From: Hemiscyllium ocellatum | Lineage: Eukaryota | Direction of reading: 5' to 3' | NCBI RefSeq assembly: GCF_020745735.1 | Contig: NC_083409.1 | Coordinates: 20,232,341 to 20,296,340, forward strand | DNA length: 64,000 nt | Part shown: positions 24,101 to 35,920 of the stretch, in pieces | Layout: each line of letters begins with the position of its first letter | How positions within the stretch are numbered: the first letter of the stretch is position 1 | Notes under the pieces: generated by a model | Databases searched by the model: none | What the model saw: the letters and a program-made list of their open reading frames with translations, nothing else | Told to the model about the DNA's origin: nothing | Made by a program: the position numbers and the translations under genes

Positions 24101-24829
24101 TTCTGTTGTTAATTTCACTTTTAACCCTTTAGTGCTATCCAATGTTATTTACAATTATGTCACAGAATACAGGGTGGTCAGGACCAAAGTATGAAAATTG
24201 ACAATAGTGACATTGCCAATGAAAAGTAAGAAAGGTGAGCACAGTGACTAAGGAATTACACTGGATCATTATCTACTGAGGAGGAAGATGCTAGCTGGCT
24301 GTTCCAAGGAAATTAATATTGGATCAGTGATGGGCACTCTTCAAAATTAACAACAGCAATGTAGAATATAATGTTACTAAATGATGACAAACCCTCAGGA
24401 TTAGGTGGTTTCTATCAGCAAATTTTGAAGGAAGCTGGTCAGAACATTTCAGATGCTTTGACTTTATAATCTTCCAAAGTTCTCTCCATTTGGTAGCATT
24501 CATTTAAATGGGAAAATTTTTCATGTCATTCCACTGTTTAAGAAAAGTGAGAGATGACAATGAAGGAATTATAGACCTGTTAGCACAACATCTGTTGCTA
24601 GGGAATTACTACAGTGGATAAGTAAGATTAAGGTGACTGTAACCCTTGAAAATGTTCAGCTAATCAGAGACTGGCAGTACAGATTTGTCAATTATAGGTC
24701 ATGCCTGATGGAACTTGCCTGATTTAATTTTTGAAGGGATTACTAAAGTAGTGGAGGAGGGAATTGAACTTAAACATCTCAGTCCAAGGACATCATTGCA
24801 GGAGTTCCTCAGGGTAGTGAGTCAGGATC

Positions 24830-27140
24830 AATCATCAAGAGACTTTTCTGATTCGGTATATGGATGTACCAAATAGAGAAGGTAGAAAACTTGACTTACT
24901 ATTGGGAAATAAGGCAGGACAAGTGACTGAATGTCAGTGGGGGAGCACTTTGGGGCCAGCTATCACAATTCTATTAGTTTTAAAATAATGATGAAAAAGG
25001 ATAAACCACATCTAAAAGTTGAAGTTCGAAATTGAAGGAAGGCTAACTTTGATAGTATTCGGCTAGAAAGGTAAAGGGACGGCTGGGAAAAGGGAAGCCA
25101 GAGAGAGTGCATTCCTTTTAGGGTGAAAGTAAGGCTGAGAGGTGTAGGGAATGTTGGATGACTAGAGAAATTGAGATTTTAGTTCAGAAAAAGTAGGAAG
25201 CACATGTCAGGTATAGACAGCAGAGATCGAGTGAATCCTTTGAAGAGTATAAAGGCAATAGGAGTATACTAAAGAGGGAAATCAGGAGTGCAAAAAGGGA
25301 ACATGCGATAGCCTTGTCAAATAGGGTTAAGGAGAATCCAAAGAGATTTTACATATACATTAAGGACAAAAGGGTGAGAACTGGGGAGAGAATAGGTCCC
25401 CTCAAAGATCAGCAAGGCAGCCTGTGTGTACAACCGCAGGAGATGGCGAAGATAGAAAATGAGTACTTTGCATCAGGGTACTGTGGAGAAGGAAATGGAA
25501 GATATGGAATGTGGGGAAACAGATGGTGACACCTTGGAAAATGTTCATATTTCAGAGGAGGAGGTGCTGAAAGTATCGAAATACATAAAAGTTAATAAAT
25601 TCTAAGGACCCGATCAGGTGTACCCTAGAATTCTTTGGGAGGCTAGGGAAGTGATTGCTGGGCCCTTTGCTAAGATATTTGTATAATCGATAGTCACAGG
25701 TGAGGTACCGGAAGCCTGGAGGTTGGTTAATGTGATGCCCCTGTTTAAGAAAAGGGGTAAGGAAAAGCCATGGAACTATAGACCAGAGAGCCCGACGTTG
25801 GTGGTGGGCAAGTTATTGGAGGGAATCCTGAGGGACAGGATTTACATGCATTTGGAAAGGCAAGGACTGATTAGGGATAGTCTGTATGGCTTTGTGCATG
25901 GAAATCATGCCTCACCAACTTGATTGGGGTTTTTGAAGAAGTCACAAAGAAAATTGATGAGGACAAAGCAGTGCAAGTGATCCAAATGGACTTCAGTAAG
26001 GCGTTCGACAAGGTTCCTCATGGGAGATTGGTTAGCAAGGTTAGATCTCACAGAATACAGGGAGAACTGTACATTTGGATACAGAACTAGCTCAAAGGTA
26101 GAAGACAGAGAGTGGTGGTGTAGGGTTGTTTTTCAGACTGGAGGCCTGTGACCAGTGGAGTGCCACAAGGATCGGTGCTGGGTCCACTACTTTTCATAAT
26201 TCATACAAATGATTTGGATGTGAACATAAGAGGTATAGTTAATAAGTTTGCAGATGACACCAAAATTGGAGGCAGTGTGGACAGCGAAGAAGGTTACAAC
26301 AGAGTACAATGGGATCTTGATCAGATAGCCAATGGGCTGAGGAGTTGCAGATGGAGTTTAATTTAGATAAATGTGAGGTGCTGCATTTTGGAAAAGCAAA
26401 TCAGAGCAGGACTTATATACTTAACGGTAAGATCCTACAGAGAGCTGCTGAACAAAGAGCCCTTGGAGAGCAGGTTCATAGTTCCTTGAAAGTAGAGTTG
26501 CAGGTAGATAGGATAGTGAAGGAGGTGTTTGGTATACTTTCCTTTACTGGTCAGAGTATTGAGTACAGAGAGTTGGGAGGTCATGTTGCGGCTATACAGA
26601 GCATTGGTTAGACCACTTTTGGAATATTGCGTACAATTCTGGTCTCCTTCCTATCAGAAGGATGTTGTGAAACTTGAAAGGGTTCAGAAAAGATTTACAA
26701 GGCTGTTGCCAGGGTTGAAAGATTTGAGCTGCACGGAGAGGCTGATTAGGCTGAGGCTGTTTTCCCGGAAGCGTCGGAGGCTGAGGGCTGATCTTATAGA
26801 GGTTTATAAAATTATGTGGGGCATGGATAGGGTGAATAGACAAAGTCTTTTCCCTGGGGTCAGGAAGTCCAGAACTAGAGCGCTCAGTTTTAGGGTAGAG
26901 GGGAAAGATATAAAATGAACTTTAGAGACAACTTTTTCACGCAGAAGGTGGTGCATGTATGAAATAAGCTGCCAGAGGAAGTGGTGGAAGCTGGTACAAT
27001 TACAGCATTTAAAAGGCATCTGGATGGATAAAAGCATAGGAAGGGTTTAGAGGGATATGGGCCAAGTGCTGGCAAATGGGACTAGATTAGGTTAGGATAT
27101 CCTGCCAGCATGGACAAGTTGGACTGAAGGGTCTCTATGA
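24830..27140 (+). mobile_element. CR1 LINE ORF2 (end of APE, RT and 3' tail), degenerate
   Basis: [41 protein letters not shown]; LYRALVRPLLEYCVQFWSP. Confidence 0.92.
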
Positions 27141-28239
27141 TCTTCACTGCTACATCAATGATCTTCCTTCAATCACAAGGTTGACCACTCTGCAATAAAT
27201 CACCCATACTCCAAACCCATGGCCTCACCATCCAGAAAGCCAAGGGCAGCAGACGTGGAAATGTATCAGTGTTCTTTCACTGTGGTGAGATACAGATCTT
27301 GTAACTCCTTCTCCAACAGCAGTGTGTGTACCCATGCAATGTACACTCCATGTACCCCATTCTCCAGGGCTATTAGGGACAGGCAGTAAATGGTACCCAG
27401 ACACCACAAACATGCGAGGGGAAAACAGATTACGGGTTTTTACATGCCACATGACCTGAGGTAGGGTAAGGCAGGAGAGGAGAGATTAACTACTGGGTGA
27501 ACTGACTCAGCTGCTGGGAAATGGACAACTCATGCAGCCTGTCTCTTATTGTGGCTGTGCTACCTATTTATTTCACGATCGAAGACAGTCCCCTCAGCTG
27601 TCGAGGCCCTAAGCTCTGAAACTGCCTTTCTGTCTCTTTTTCATCCTTCGTGCTGCTCCTTAAAACCTATCCCTTCAATAAAGCTTTGGGTCATCTTGTT
27701 TCGTAGTGCCTTTTCTGGCCCTTGGTGATTTTATTTTGTCCGATAACACTCCCACAAAGTGTCTGATCTAAACAGGATTGTCCGGAAGTACCCATCAAGT
27801 TTAGTCAGTATTTGTGGGGAAAGATACAGATAACATTTCAGGGGCTGACGTTCTTTCAAACTCAATTTACTTTTTCTGAAAAGGGAAATGCTGTTTGAAG
27901 CTTTTAATTTTGTTCTGATCAGGACAGAATTGGAAGAATACCAAATCTCAAAGGATTATGTTGATTTTGTGGCAGGTCTTATTCCTTGCGTTCTGGTTTT
28001 CTTTGTTCTGTTTCTGCATGTGCCTTCACGTTTTTTGATGTTGGACTGAGTCCCCTGTGAGATAATGCACCTTTCCAGAGGAAAAAAATCCTCTGTGGGT
28101 CAGCCTGGTCCTTTGTGGGTGGACTTGACCTTTGGAAAGACTGAATACCTGTGTGTGTGCTGGGAGGTGAGCATTTGCTGCTTCCAGGATTGGACCCTGG
28201 ATTGGATTGGTCACTACTTCCTTGGGAAGAGCTCATTCA

Positions 28240-28800
28240 TTCATCAGCGCTGCTGGAGGCGGGGCCAGTGACGTCATGCCACACCAGGTCGTATCTGCTC
28301 ACGTGATCACAGGGTCTTACGCCTCAACGTGGCGCCAATGAATCGCTATACTTCTCTTGGTAATTATTCGGTAAAAAAAAGTTGAATAGACTGAAGTGAA
28401 ACCGCTTATTCAAGTCGTACTTATATTTAAAATAGTAGTTTATAATAATTGGAGTGCGACCGATTCCGTTGCCTTGCACGAATTCCTCCTTTTCCCACAG
28501 TGGGGGAGGGTTTTCTCTGTGTTCGTGTATTGTTTAGGTGGTGGACCCGCCGATGCCGGCTCCGGTGTTGACCGGGACAGCGGGGATTACATTTGAGAGA
28601 AAGCCGTCAGGTTACCCGCAGCAGTGTCATTGCGCAGGCGCGGTACGATATGACGCGGTGTCATTGCGCAGGCGTTGGATTACCGGTTTGGGTCGTGCGC
28701 AGGCGCGCCTCTGCCGGCCAATGTGTCGTTGTGCAGGTGCGGCATGACCGGCCACGGTGCACGAGTCTTTGGATCGCGGGGAATTCAAAATGGAACGGCT
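28240..28800. promoter_or_regulatory. CpG-island-like housekeeping promoter
   Basis: CpG-rich in a CpG-poor window. GC box at ~28258, CRE TGACGTCA 28269-28276, E-box TCACGTGA 28299-28306, NRF1-like TGCGCAGGCG(C) at 28631, 28665 and 28696. ATTGG boxes at 28188-28210. Confidence 0.7.
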
Positions 28801-29612
28801 GAGTGTCAGAGAGAACAGCCCAGTGAGGCTTGGAGCTCCTCTCAGAGTCAAATCTGACACCAAGATTGTCCAGACTGGCTTCAACTACGTTGCAATGGAG
28901 ACTGGATTCAAAGCAATTACTTTAATCTACAGTTGAAGGAATTCCCTGCTTATCTATGATTACGGAAAACAAGAATGTAGGGGATGTGGGTGTCCTGCTG
29001 GTCCAGCATTATTGTTCATACCGAGTTACCTTTGAGTAGGTGGTAGTGGGCTGTCTTGAACCACTGCAGTGTGTGTGCTGTAGGTAGATCCGCAGCGCCC
29101 TTGGGTGGAGTTCCTGGATTTTGAACCAGTGATAGTGAAGGAGTGTCAGATTATTTCTAAGTCAGGATGGTGAGTGGCTTGAAGGGGAATTTGCAGGTAG
29201 TAGTTTTCCTATATCTGCCTTTGTTCTTTTAGATGGAAGGTTTTAGTTTTGAAGGAGCTGTTCAATAACTGTCATAATTGAGGAGGGAATAAAGGCTAAG
29301 TTCATTGGCTTCTGTGGCTACAAACACTCCCATAGAATTGGGACTAAATGATAACAGCCCCTGAGCTGCCAGCTGGATACCAGAAGATTGTGTTTTAGGA
29401 GAATTGTGTGTTAGACGGAGATGTGTGTAGATTGAGACGGAGAAAAAAACAATTTACTTCAGTCGTCGTGTTAGATGTGGCTTGGATAAAAGTTATTTCA
29501 AAAATGTGGCAAATTACAAACTTGATTGGAAGGGTTTACATGTAGAATTTGGGAAAGATGAGCACAGATTTGAGGCAACAACGTATGTTATATGAAAATT
29601 AGCAGGCACTGA

Positions 29613-31152
29613 TGTTAAAGTACAGTTTTGAGATGGCCCAAGGAATCCCTTGTGGCCTCAGACCTGTAAGCCTCTCTTGATTTGTCCCGGTGATCGTACT
29701 CTGAGTCTGGAATAGCCTGGAATAAAAACATCTTACGGACAGTTTAGTTTAATTTTAGTCTTCCCCTTTATTTACCAATAACATCACTGTTACAACATAA
29801 CACTGGGACTTATTAGCCAGACTAACTAAGATTCTAAAATCTTAGGAGAGTAGCGACCAGCTCTGCCTTGAAGAGCCCTAGCAGGTAACTCTCCTGTCAC
29901 AAACAGGTTTCCTTCATACAAAATTTTACAAAAACATTGCATTTGATTAGATTTAAGCACTTGGCGAGACAAGTCCTTACTATAAGGAGGTACCAGTCGA
30001 AACTAAGTGGGAGAAGTCGTAAGTTAACCTTGCATGTCAAGTATCGTTTTTTACAAAATGGCTTCTTAGCGAGGAGGGCAAACTTTGACCATTTAAAAAA
30101 TGGCTTCCTCATAGATTGTGTCAGAATCTCTTCTATATTGGGTGAGAATAATTTTTAAACTATGAGCAGACTCTTGCTTTTTATCTTAAGCAAACAATCA
30201 TTCTGAACCTGAGGCTGAATTGTTACTGCAAAGTTGTATTTAAAATGATTCATTTGTCTTGAATTAGACATTTTTTTTCTTTTCAGGGTTGTGGTTCAAA
30301 TTCAAAGAGGACATAGATCTGACTCGTTAGAATTGATAGTGGGGCAGTCATGGTCTGTAAGAACAGCAAGTAAGTTAAAAGCTTCGTCAGCATTACTTTT
30401 TACAGAATTTGCATTTCATAATCAGCGATTGTTACTCAAAATAATCATAAAGTCCCAAAATGCAATTAAGTTCAAAACAAGGGTTATGGAGATAACACCG
30501 GAACAGGATAATGGATTGTACATAATCAGCCATGGCCATAATAAATGATGGTGCTAGCTTGAAGGGCCGAATGGCCTACTCCTGCACCTGTTTTCTATAT
30601 TGAATCCACAACAAGTAATCGTGCATTCAAACCAAACCACAGTTAATTTTCTATTGGTTTTGGCAATCTCAGCGTTAAAATGTTGTTCTCTCACTCTAGT
30701 GTCTTTTTGAACACCCAGGTAAGGGACTGTATCAGAATAATGTTTTTCCCTTTCTGTCTGCCGAGCCTGCATGGGTAATAAGAATCCAGTATAATTAATA
30801 CGACCTGACCATTAATTACAAGGCTTTTGACATGCTTGCAGGATGATACCAAGTCAGAGATCAGAATTAAACACTGTCATTAATTTCACAAGTGAACACC
30901 CATGAATGTTATCACTCTGTGTCCTGTTTACACAGATTCATTGCTGTTAAGGCAATTGTTCTTAATTGCCTTGGAGCATCCTGTTACCACTTGGTGAGAA
31001 CAGATGTTTTTATCTTCTGCACATCCTGGTTTCCCCCTTTTGCGGCCTGGCGCGTCCCTGGCTGTCCTATTTATTTTCTACTGTGCAACAAATGTGTTCT
31101 ATAATTCAACATTACATTTAGTCAAAATGTTTTAAGGCTATAAACTTTCTCA
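29613..31152 (-). mobile_element. ERV 3' LTR (1.54 kb)
   Basis: TG...CA ends (TGTTAAAG...CTTTCTCA). Both ends align to 35179-35920. Polypurine tract AAAGGAGGGAA abuts it at 31153-31163 on the minus strand. Confidence 0.85.
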
Positions 31153-31442
31153 TTCCCTCCTTTAGTCATTTCATGACAACTACATAAGTTATACAAGTAT
31201 AATTAGTTCATTCAGTCTATTTGTATTCTCAATAATTTGAGTGCTTCCTCTTGCGAGTCATTGTCTGGAGGATCAGAGCGGAAAGATACTGGATTTCACT
31301 GGAGACGTTCAGACGTGGAGCTACGAGGTAGGCAAGGGTCGATTAACAAGATTCCTCTTTGGCTTAGGCGAAAAGCAATGTACGGTCCATTCCATGCATA
31401 AGTGGATGACACTGAATATTCCTAGGATGAGACCGGGGCCTA

Positions 31443-31826
31443 TCAGTACGTTCCACACAGCGACCAAAGCCAGCAAGTAATACTCCATCCATATGGATCG
31501 GATGATGGTGCGGCAGGTGTCTTCCCTGCATCTTGACCAGTTTTGTTGATAACATCTAAGTTGTCCAAAATGTCTTTAGAGAAATCATTGATGTAGATGC
31601 AACATTGTTGGCCAATAACAGAACAAGCACCTCCTTCTTCAGCAAGGAGGAAACGTAGCATGAGCCAATTCTGAAGTGTTACCATCCAGGTCTCCTGTAC
31701 CTCTTTGTTCACCAGCTTCAAAGCGTGGGCAGTTGAGTTGGCAAGTGTATCGATGTCATGCACAAGGTCAGTTATCTGATCTCGGGCCTTCTCAACATCC
31801 CAGCCCGGAGTAAGGCCTCCCAGCAA
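31443..31826 (-). pseudogene. ERV env transmembrane subunit remnant
   Basis: LQNWLMLRFLLAEEGGACSVIGQQCC is a CKS-17-like immunosuppressive domain plus CX6CC, preceded by a heptad region. The upstream SU is disrupted. Confidence 0.9.
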
Positions 31827-32570
31827 TTTGCATCACCAGGTTTGTTGATGGAAGAAGTTGTCTAAATCCTGTGTGTATTTCCTCTACGTTTTGTTCCATT
31901 ATGCTTCACATGTTGGTAGGCGTTCATTCATCACCTACCTCAGATACTTCATGGTGGAGGGTAAAAAGTGGTAAATTTTGTGCTAGGGCACAACATTGGT
32001 ACCAGTCATTGGGTAGATATGGGTGGCCTTTGTTTTCACATTGTCAATGAAGGCTAAAAGGAGTTCCAAAGGCACACTTCTGTGCGTGAATGATGAGTCC
32101 ACTCAGGGCGAGAGCTGAATCTTGTAAATAGTGGGTGCTCTCAAACATTTGGATGTCCAAGTGTATTAACGGATGAAGAGCAGGAGTATGAAAAGTGTCT
32201 TTGATAACATTCTTACACAGTGCTGGCTTCACTTTCCCCATGTCTTGGGTACCGGATGTTCTTTCAACGCACCATTCTAACTGCAAAACAACGTCAAAGT
32301 TGAATCCTTGACGTTTGTTAGTGCACTTCACATAGAGACGCACCTTCTACCGAATGCGTTTTGCCATCATAAATGAGGGGTTGCATAAGTGGGTGAATCC
32401 TATTTGTACACTGTACATCAGAATGATGGAAGAGTGAGCAAATAACACATGGATCGGGGGTTTAGCTTGAGTAAAGAAACCATTGGTAACAGAAGGGAGA
32501 TTGGGAGTGCATAGCATCTTTCCAGCTCGTTGTCATAATTACAGTAACTATTGAATACAGGAACTGTATA

Positions 32571-33265
32571 TAGAGGAACCTCGATTACCCTCGATTATGA
32601 GATGGGCAGGCACTATTTCATTCGGATAATTGATTATTCGGTTAATTGATTTCCTCTGGGTCTGTGAAGTCTGATCCCCGATCAGGAGACTCAGCAAAAG
32701 CACATTGCCCGCGAGAACCTGCCCACCCTAACCCCAAACCTATCGTCCGTCTGATCCTACCCCGCCCCTCGACCGGTCCCAACCCTACTCCCCGAACCCT
32801 GCACCCCCATCCATCCCCACCTACCGTCCGAAGCCCTGACCCCACCCCACCCCCCTGCTGTCGGGCAGCCGAATGTACACCAACAGTACGACTGCTGCTG
32901 CCTTTGTAGGATTAGTCTCCAATTAGCGCACACAACATTTTGACAGGTTCTGCCTCTGTCCTGTACAGGGCAATGTTGGAGCGATAATCTGGGGATGGGG
33001 TGTTTGGGATTCACCCCTGTTTAGAACTCCAGGGAGAGTGTTGTGGGAGAGAGAGAGGGCAGGAGGTCAGTCATTTGGAGATGGTGCCTGGACTGGTCAG
33101 GACTGTCCTCGGCAGCATTTCAGTGAGCTGAGCATGCTTTTAATCATTGTACCTGTAAACAGAAGACGTGATCAGGATTGAAATCGCTCTTTGATGTAAT
33201 GTTTCTATCGGGACCTTAAGATCACCTTCGGATAATCCGATATTCGGATAATTGAGGAACCTGTG
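32571..33265. mobile_element. Tigger/pogo-like MITE inserted in env
   Basis: Imperfect TIRs TAGAGGAACCTCGATTA / TAATTGAGGAACCTGTG, TA on both sides, repeated TTCGGATAAT subterminal motifs, no transposase. Confidence 0.7.
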
Positions 33266-33799
33266 TAAAGGTATTTCTGTCAGTGGTGGTAGGTCGAATA
33301 GGTGAAGGTGCCATCGAGAAGGCATAGGTTGTCTGTCACGGGAGTAGATGCCTGAGGATTTTGTGATTTTGGTACTATGTGCTCAATACTGCAATCTGTA
33401 CGGTTTGTTTTGAGAGGGGAACAGACAAACATTTCAAAGTAACAGTTTTCGGTTGACAGAATTGTGCCATCTCATGATGTCTGGCAAGTGTTGCGAGGAT
33501 GACAATAAGGTCGAGAGTGATGTTTGGATACAAAATGTGAGCAGTTTAACTGAGTTTCAGCTGGGCAGCTGCATTCATAACTTCCAATGGTATGAGTACA
33601 GGTTTCATTTGTACAGTTACATTGGAGTTTTAGCCAGTCTGAGATATCTCAGATTGGTCGGTTATATCTGGACGTATGTACTTGGGTTGGGTTTTCATTG
33701 GATGCCTGTATCAGTACTAACACAGGACTGTGAGGGGGATACAAGCTTGCAATGTCCTTTGTCGACCCAAGTTGAACATTCTTCTACCTTTACTGCAGT

Positions 33800-34720
33800 T
33801 TCAGTTGTCAGAAAATCATGATAAGGATCTTTCCAGCGAGGGCCCAATCTTTGATGATTAAAGTCCTTCAATCGTACGTAGTCACCAGGGTTGATGTTTT
33901 TAAACTTTGGAGTTAGCTCCTCTTCCTTCCCTGGTACTCGATGGGCTGCTTTGACTTGTTCTTAAAAATGTGTTGCTTCAGGAAATGGCCTGAAGAAGGG
34001 CTTATGCCCGAAACGTTGATTGTCCTGTTCCTTTGATGCTGCCTGACCTGCTGCGCTTTTCCAGCAAAACATTTTTAAGCTCTGATCTCCAGCCCTCACT
34101 TTCTCCTGCTTTGACCTGTTGATGATACGACTGCAATGCTTTGGTCAGCTTAATCTGGTACGTGTGCATTTCTTCTGCCGTGACATGCACATCAACAGGG
34201 TGTTGGAGAGTTAATGGTGCAGATCAGAGAGTCCTCATGGGCTTTCCATATATCAGTTCAGTCGCCGAGAATCCCGTCTTTTTCTATGTCATGGTTTTCT
34301 CATATTAAAAAGGGCATTTGGGAATACTTGAAGCCAATTACGACCAGTTTCTTCCACCAACTTGCTGAGCTGACCTTTTAAATTACAATTGACTTTTTCT
34401 ACAATTCCCACTGCTGGGAGATCGTTGGCACAATGGAATTTTTGACTCATATTCAAACTCTTACATAGTGCCTTGTTTAGCTCCGCACAGAAATGGGAGC
34501 CATTATCAGAAGAAACCGTTACGGGGATTCCAAATCTGGGCATGATTTCCTTTAACAGAATTTTACAGGTAGTTGTTGCTGTGCAGTCAGTACAGGGATA
34601 AACTCCAATCCATTTATTAAATACATTGATTATCACTCAGCAATACTTATAACAATGGCATCTCGGTGACACCCTAAACACTCACTGGATGCACTAGGCA
34701 AGGGAAGTGAATGGACTAAT
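33800..34720 (-). pseudogene. ERV integrase core and C-terminus
   Basis: YKYC*VIINVFNKWIGVYP...PRFGIPVTVSSDNGSHF...GIVEKVN...W...ALFNMR...TGFSATELIYGKPM. Confidence 0.9.
33961..34105 (+). mobile_element. Penelope mini-element with a hammerhead core inside the ERV integrase
   Basis: CUGAAGA-A-GGGC-UUAU-GCCC-GAAA-CGUU at 33990-34017. TSD CTGCTTTGAC(T/C)TGTT at 33946-33960 and 34106-34120. Confidence 0.85.
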
Positions 34721-35157
34721 TCCCCTTTTAATACAATTTTGTCTCCATGATGATTGAATTTCCATTTTTCCCGAGCTACCTTTTACCATGCTGATATGGC
34801 TTCTTTCTGCTTACTACCGTTTCTTTTTTCCCAAATTTGTTGCTCAGTTTTAATACGCACCCATATTTATGTGACTTAGTTTAAATCTTCACATAACTAT
34901 TGATCTACAGGGGCTCCAACTCCACAAAACACAGGGGCTTCTAATCCCACAAGATTCTGTTTTTAGTACCTATTTAAACAATCTCATTTAGGGTTCCGTC
35001 CGGGTACGGTGAGAATGAAATGGGGGAAGCAGCACACAAAGAAACAGACTGAGAGCAATCGAGGTATAATCTTACCTTGTGGACCCATTGGTCTCGAGAA
35101 CGACCCTTCGGTGAAGCTCCTGTTTTCGAGTTTCATTCAAACTTATCCCTTGTTGGA

Positions 35158-35175
35158 ACCCTGCTCGCAGCGCCA
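35158..35175 (-). promoter_or_regulatory. ERV primer binding site, tRNA-Ser type
   Basis: Minus strand TGGCGCTGCGAGCAGGGT, 3 nt after the 5' LTR CA. It is complementary to the vertebrate tRNA-Ser 3' end ACCCTGCTCGC(T/A)GCGCCA as recalled, with one mismatch to Ser-UGA. Confidence 0.75.
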
Positions 35176-35178
35176 AAT

Positions 35179-35920
35179 TGATAAACTACAGGTTTGAGAT
35201 GACCCAGGGAATCCCTTGTGAACTCAACCTGTAAGCCTCTCTTGGCTCATCCCGGAGATAGTATTTTTGGTAGTCTGGAATTAAAATATTCCTGATGAAA
35301 GGCATTTGCCCGAAACATCGATTTTACTGCTCTTCGGATGCTGCCTGAACTGCTGTGCTTTTCCAGCACCACTAATCCAGAGTCTGGAATTTTAAAAAAT
35401 ACTTCTTCCAGACAGTATAGTTTAATTTTAATCACTCCCTTTATTTACTAATAGCATAACTGTTAGAACACAACATTGATACCAATAACCCAGGAGAATA
35501 GGATATCACTCTTCCTTCAAGAGCCCTGGCAGGTTACTCTGTTGTACTATCACAGACAGGCGACCTTTATACAAAAGTTTACAAAGGCTTTCTTTGTACA
35601 AAAAGTTAACAAAGGCACTGCATGTTCTGAATGACATAGATAACAGTGAAGGACAATAATTCGGGAGAGACATTAATTGATACTGAGTTTCGTTTCGAGG
35701 TCAGAATCAAACACTGTTATTAACTTCATAAAGGAGAAGCCATGAATGTTATCACTCGGTGGCCTTTTTAAAAGATTCAGTGATGTTCAGGAAAATGTTC
35801 TTAATTGCCTTACCCTCCTGCCTCTCTATTTTCAGGCGAACACCAAATGTGTCCTGTAATTCAACATTACATTTTAGTGGAAATGTTTAAGGACAAGTTT
35901 TAAGGCTATAGACTTCCTCA
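35179..35920 (-). mobile_element. ERV 5' LTR (~640 bp excluding the nested insert)
   Basis: TGATAAAC...CTTCCTCA; adjacent to the PBS; ends homologous to the 3' LTR. Confidence 0.85.
35283..35380 (+). mobile_element. 98-bp Penelope mini-element in the 5' LTR
   Basis: ATTCCTGATGAAAGGCATTTGCCCGAAACATCG... with 11-bp TSD AGTCTGGAATT at 35272-35282 and 35381-35391. Confidence 0.85.

Larger units (their letters stand above)
29613..35920 (-). mobile_element. Internally deleted class I (gamma/epsilon-related) endogenous retrovirus
   Basis: Minus-strand order: LTR, PBS, gag N-terminal remnant, integrase core, env, PPT, LTR. No PR, RT or RNase H seen. Confidence 0.9.

Noticed and set aside
28790-28936. 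48-codon ORF with good Kozak context after the CpG island
   Set aside because: No recognisable homology or convincing splice donor; kept only as part of the promoter finding.
29341-29612. Reading frame left of the ERV that would join CEP350 in frame and vaguely recalls CAP-Gly (LDK...KDEH)
   Set aside because: Motif spacing does not fit, the GKNDG-type core is absent, there is no TSD, and an in-frame join has a 1-in-3 chance.
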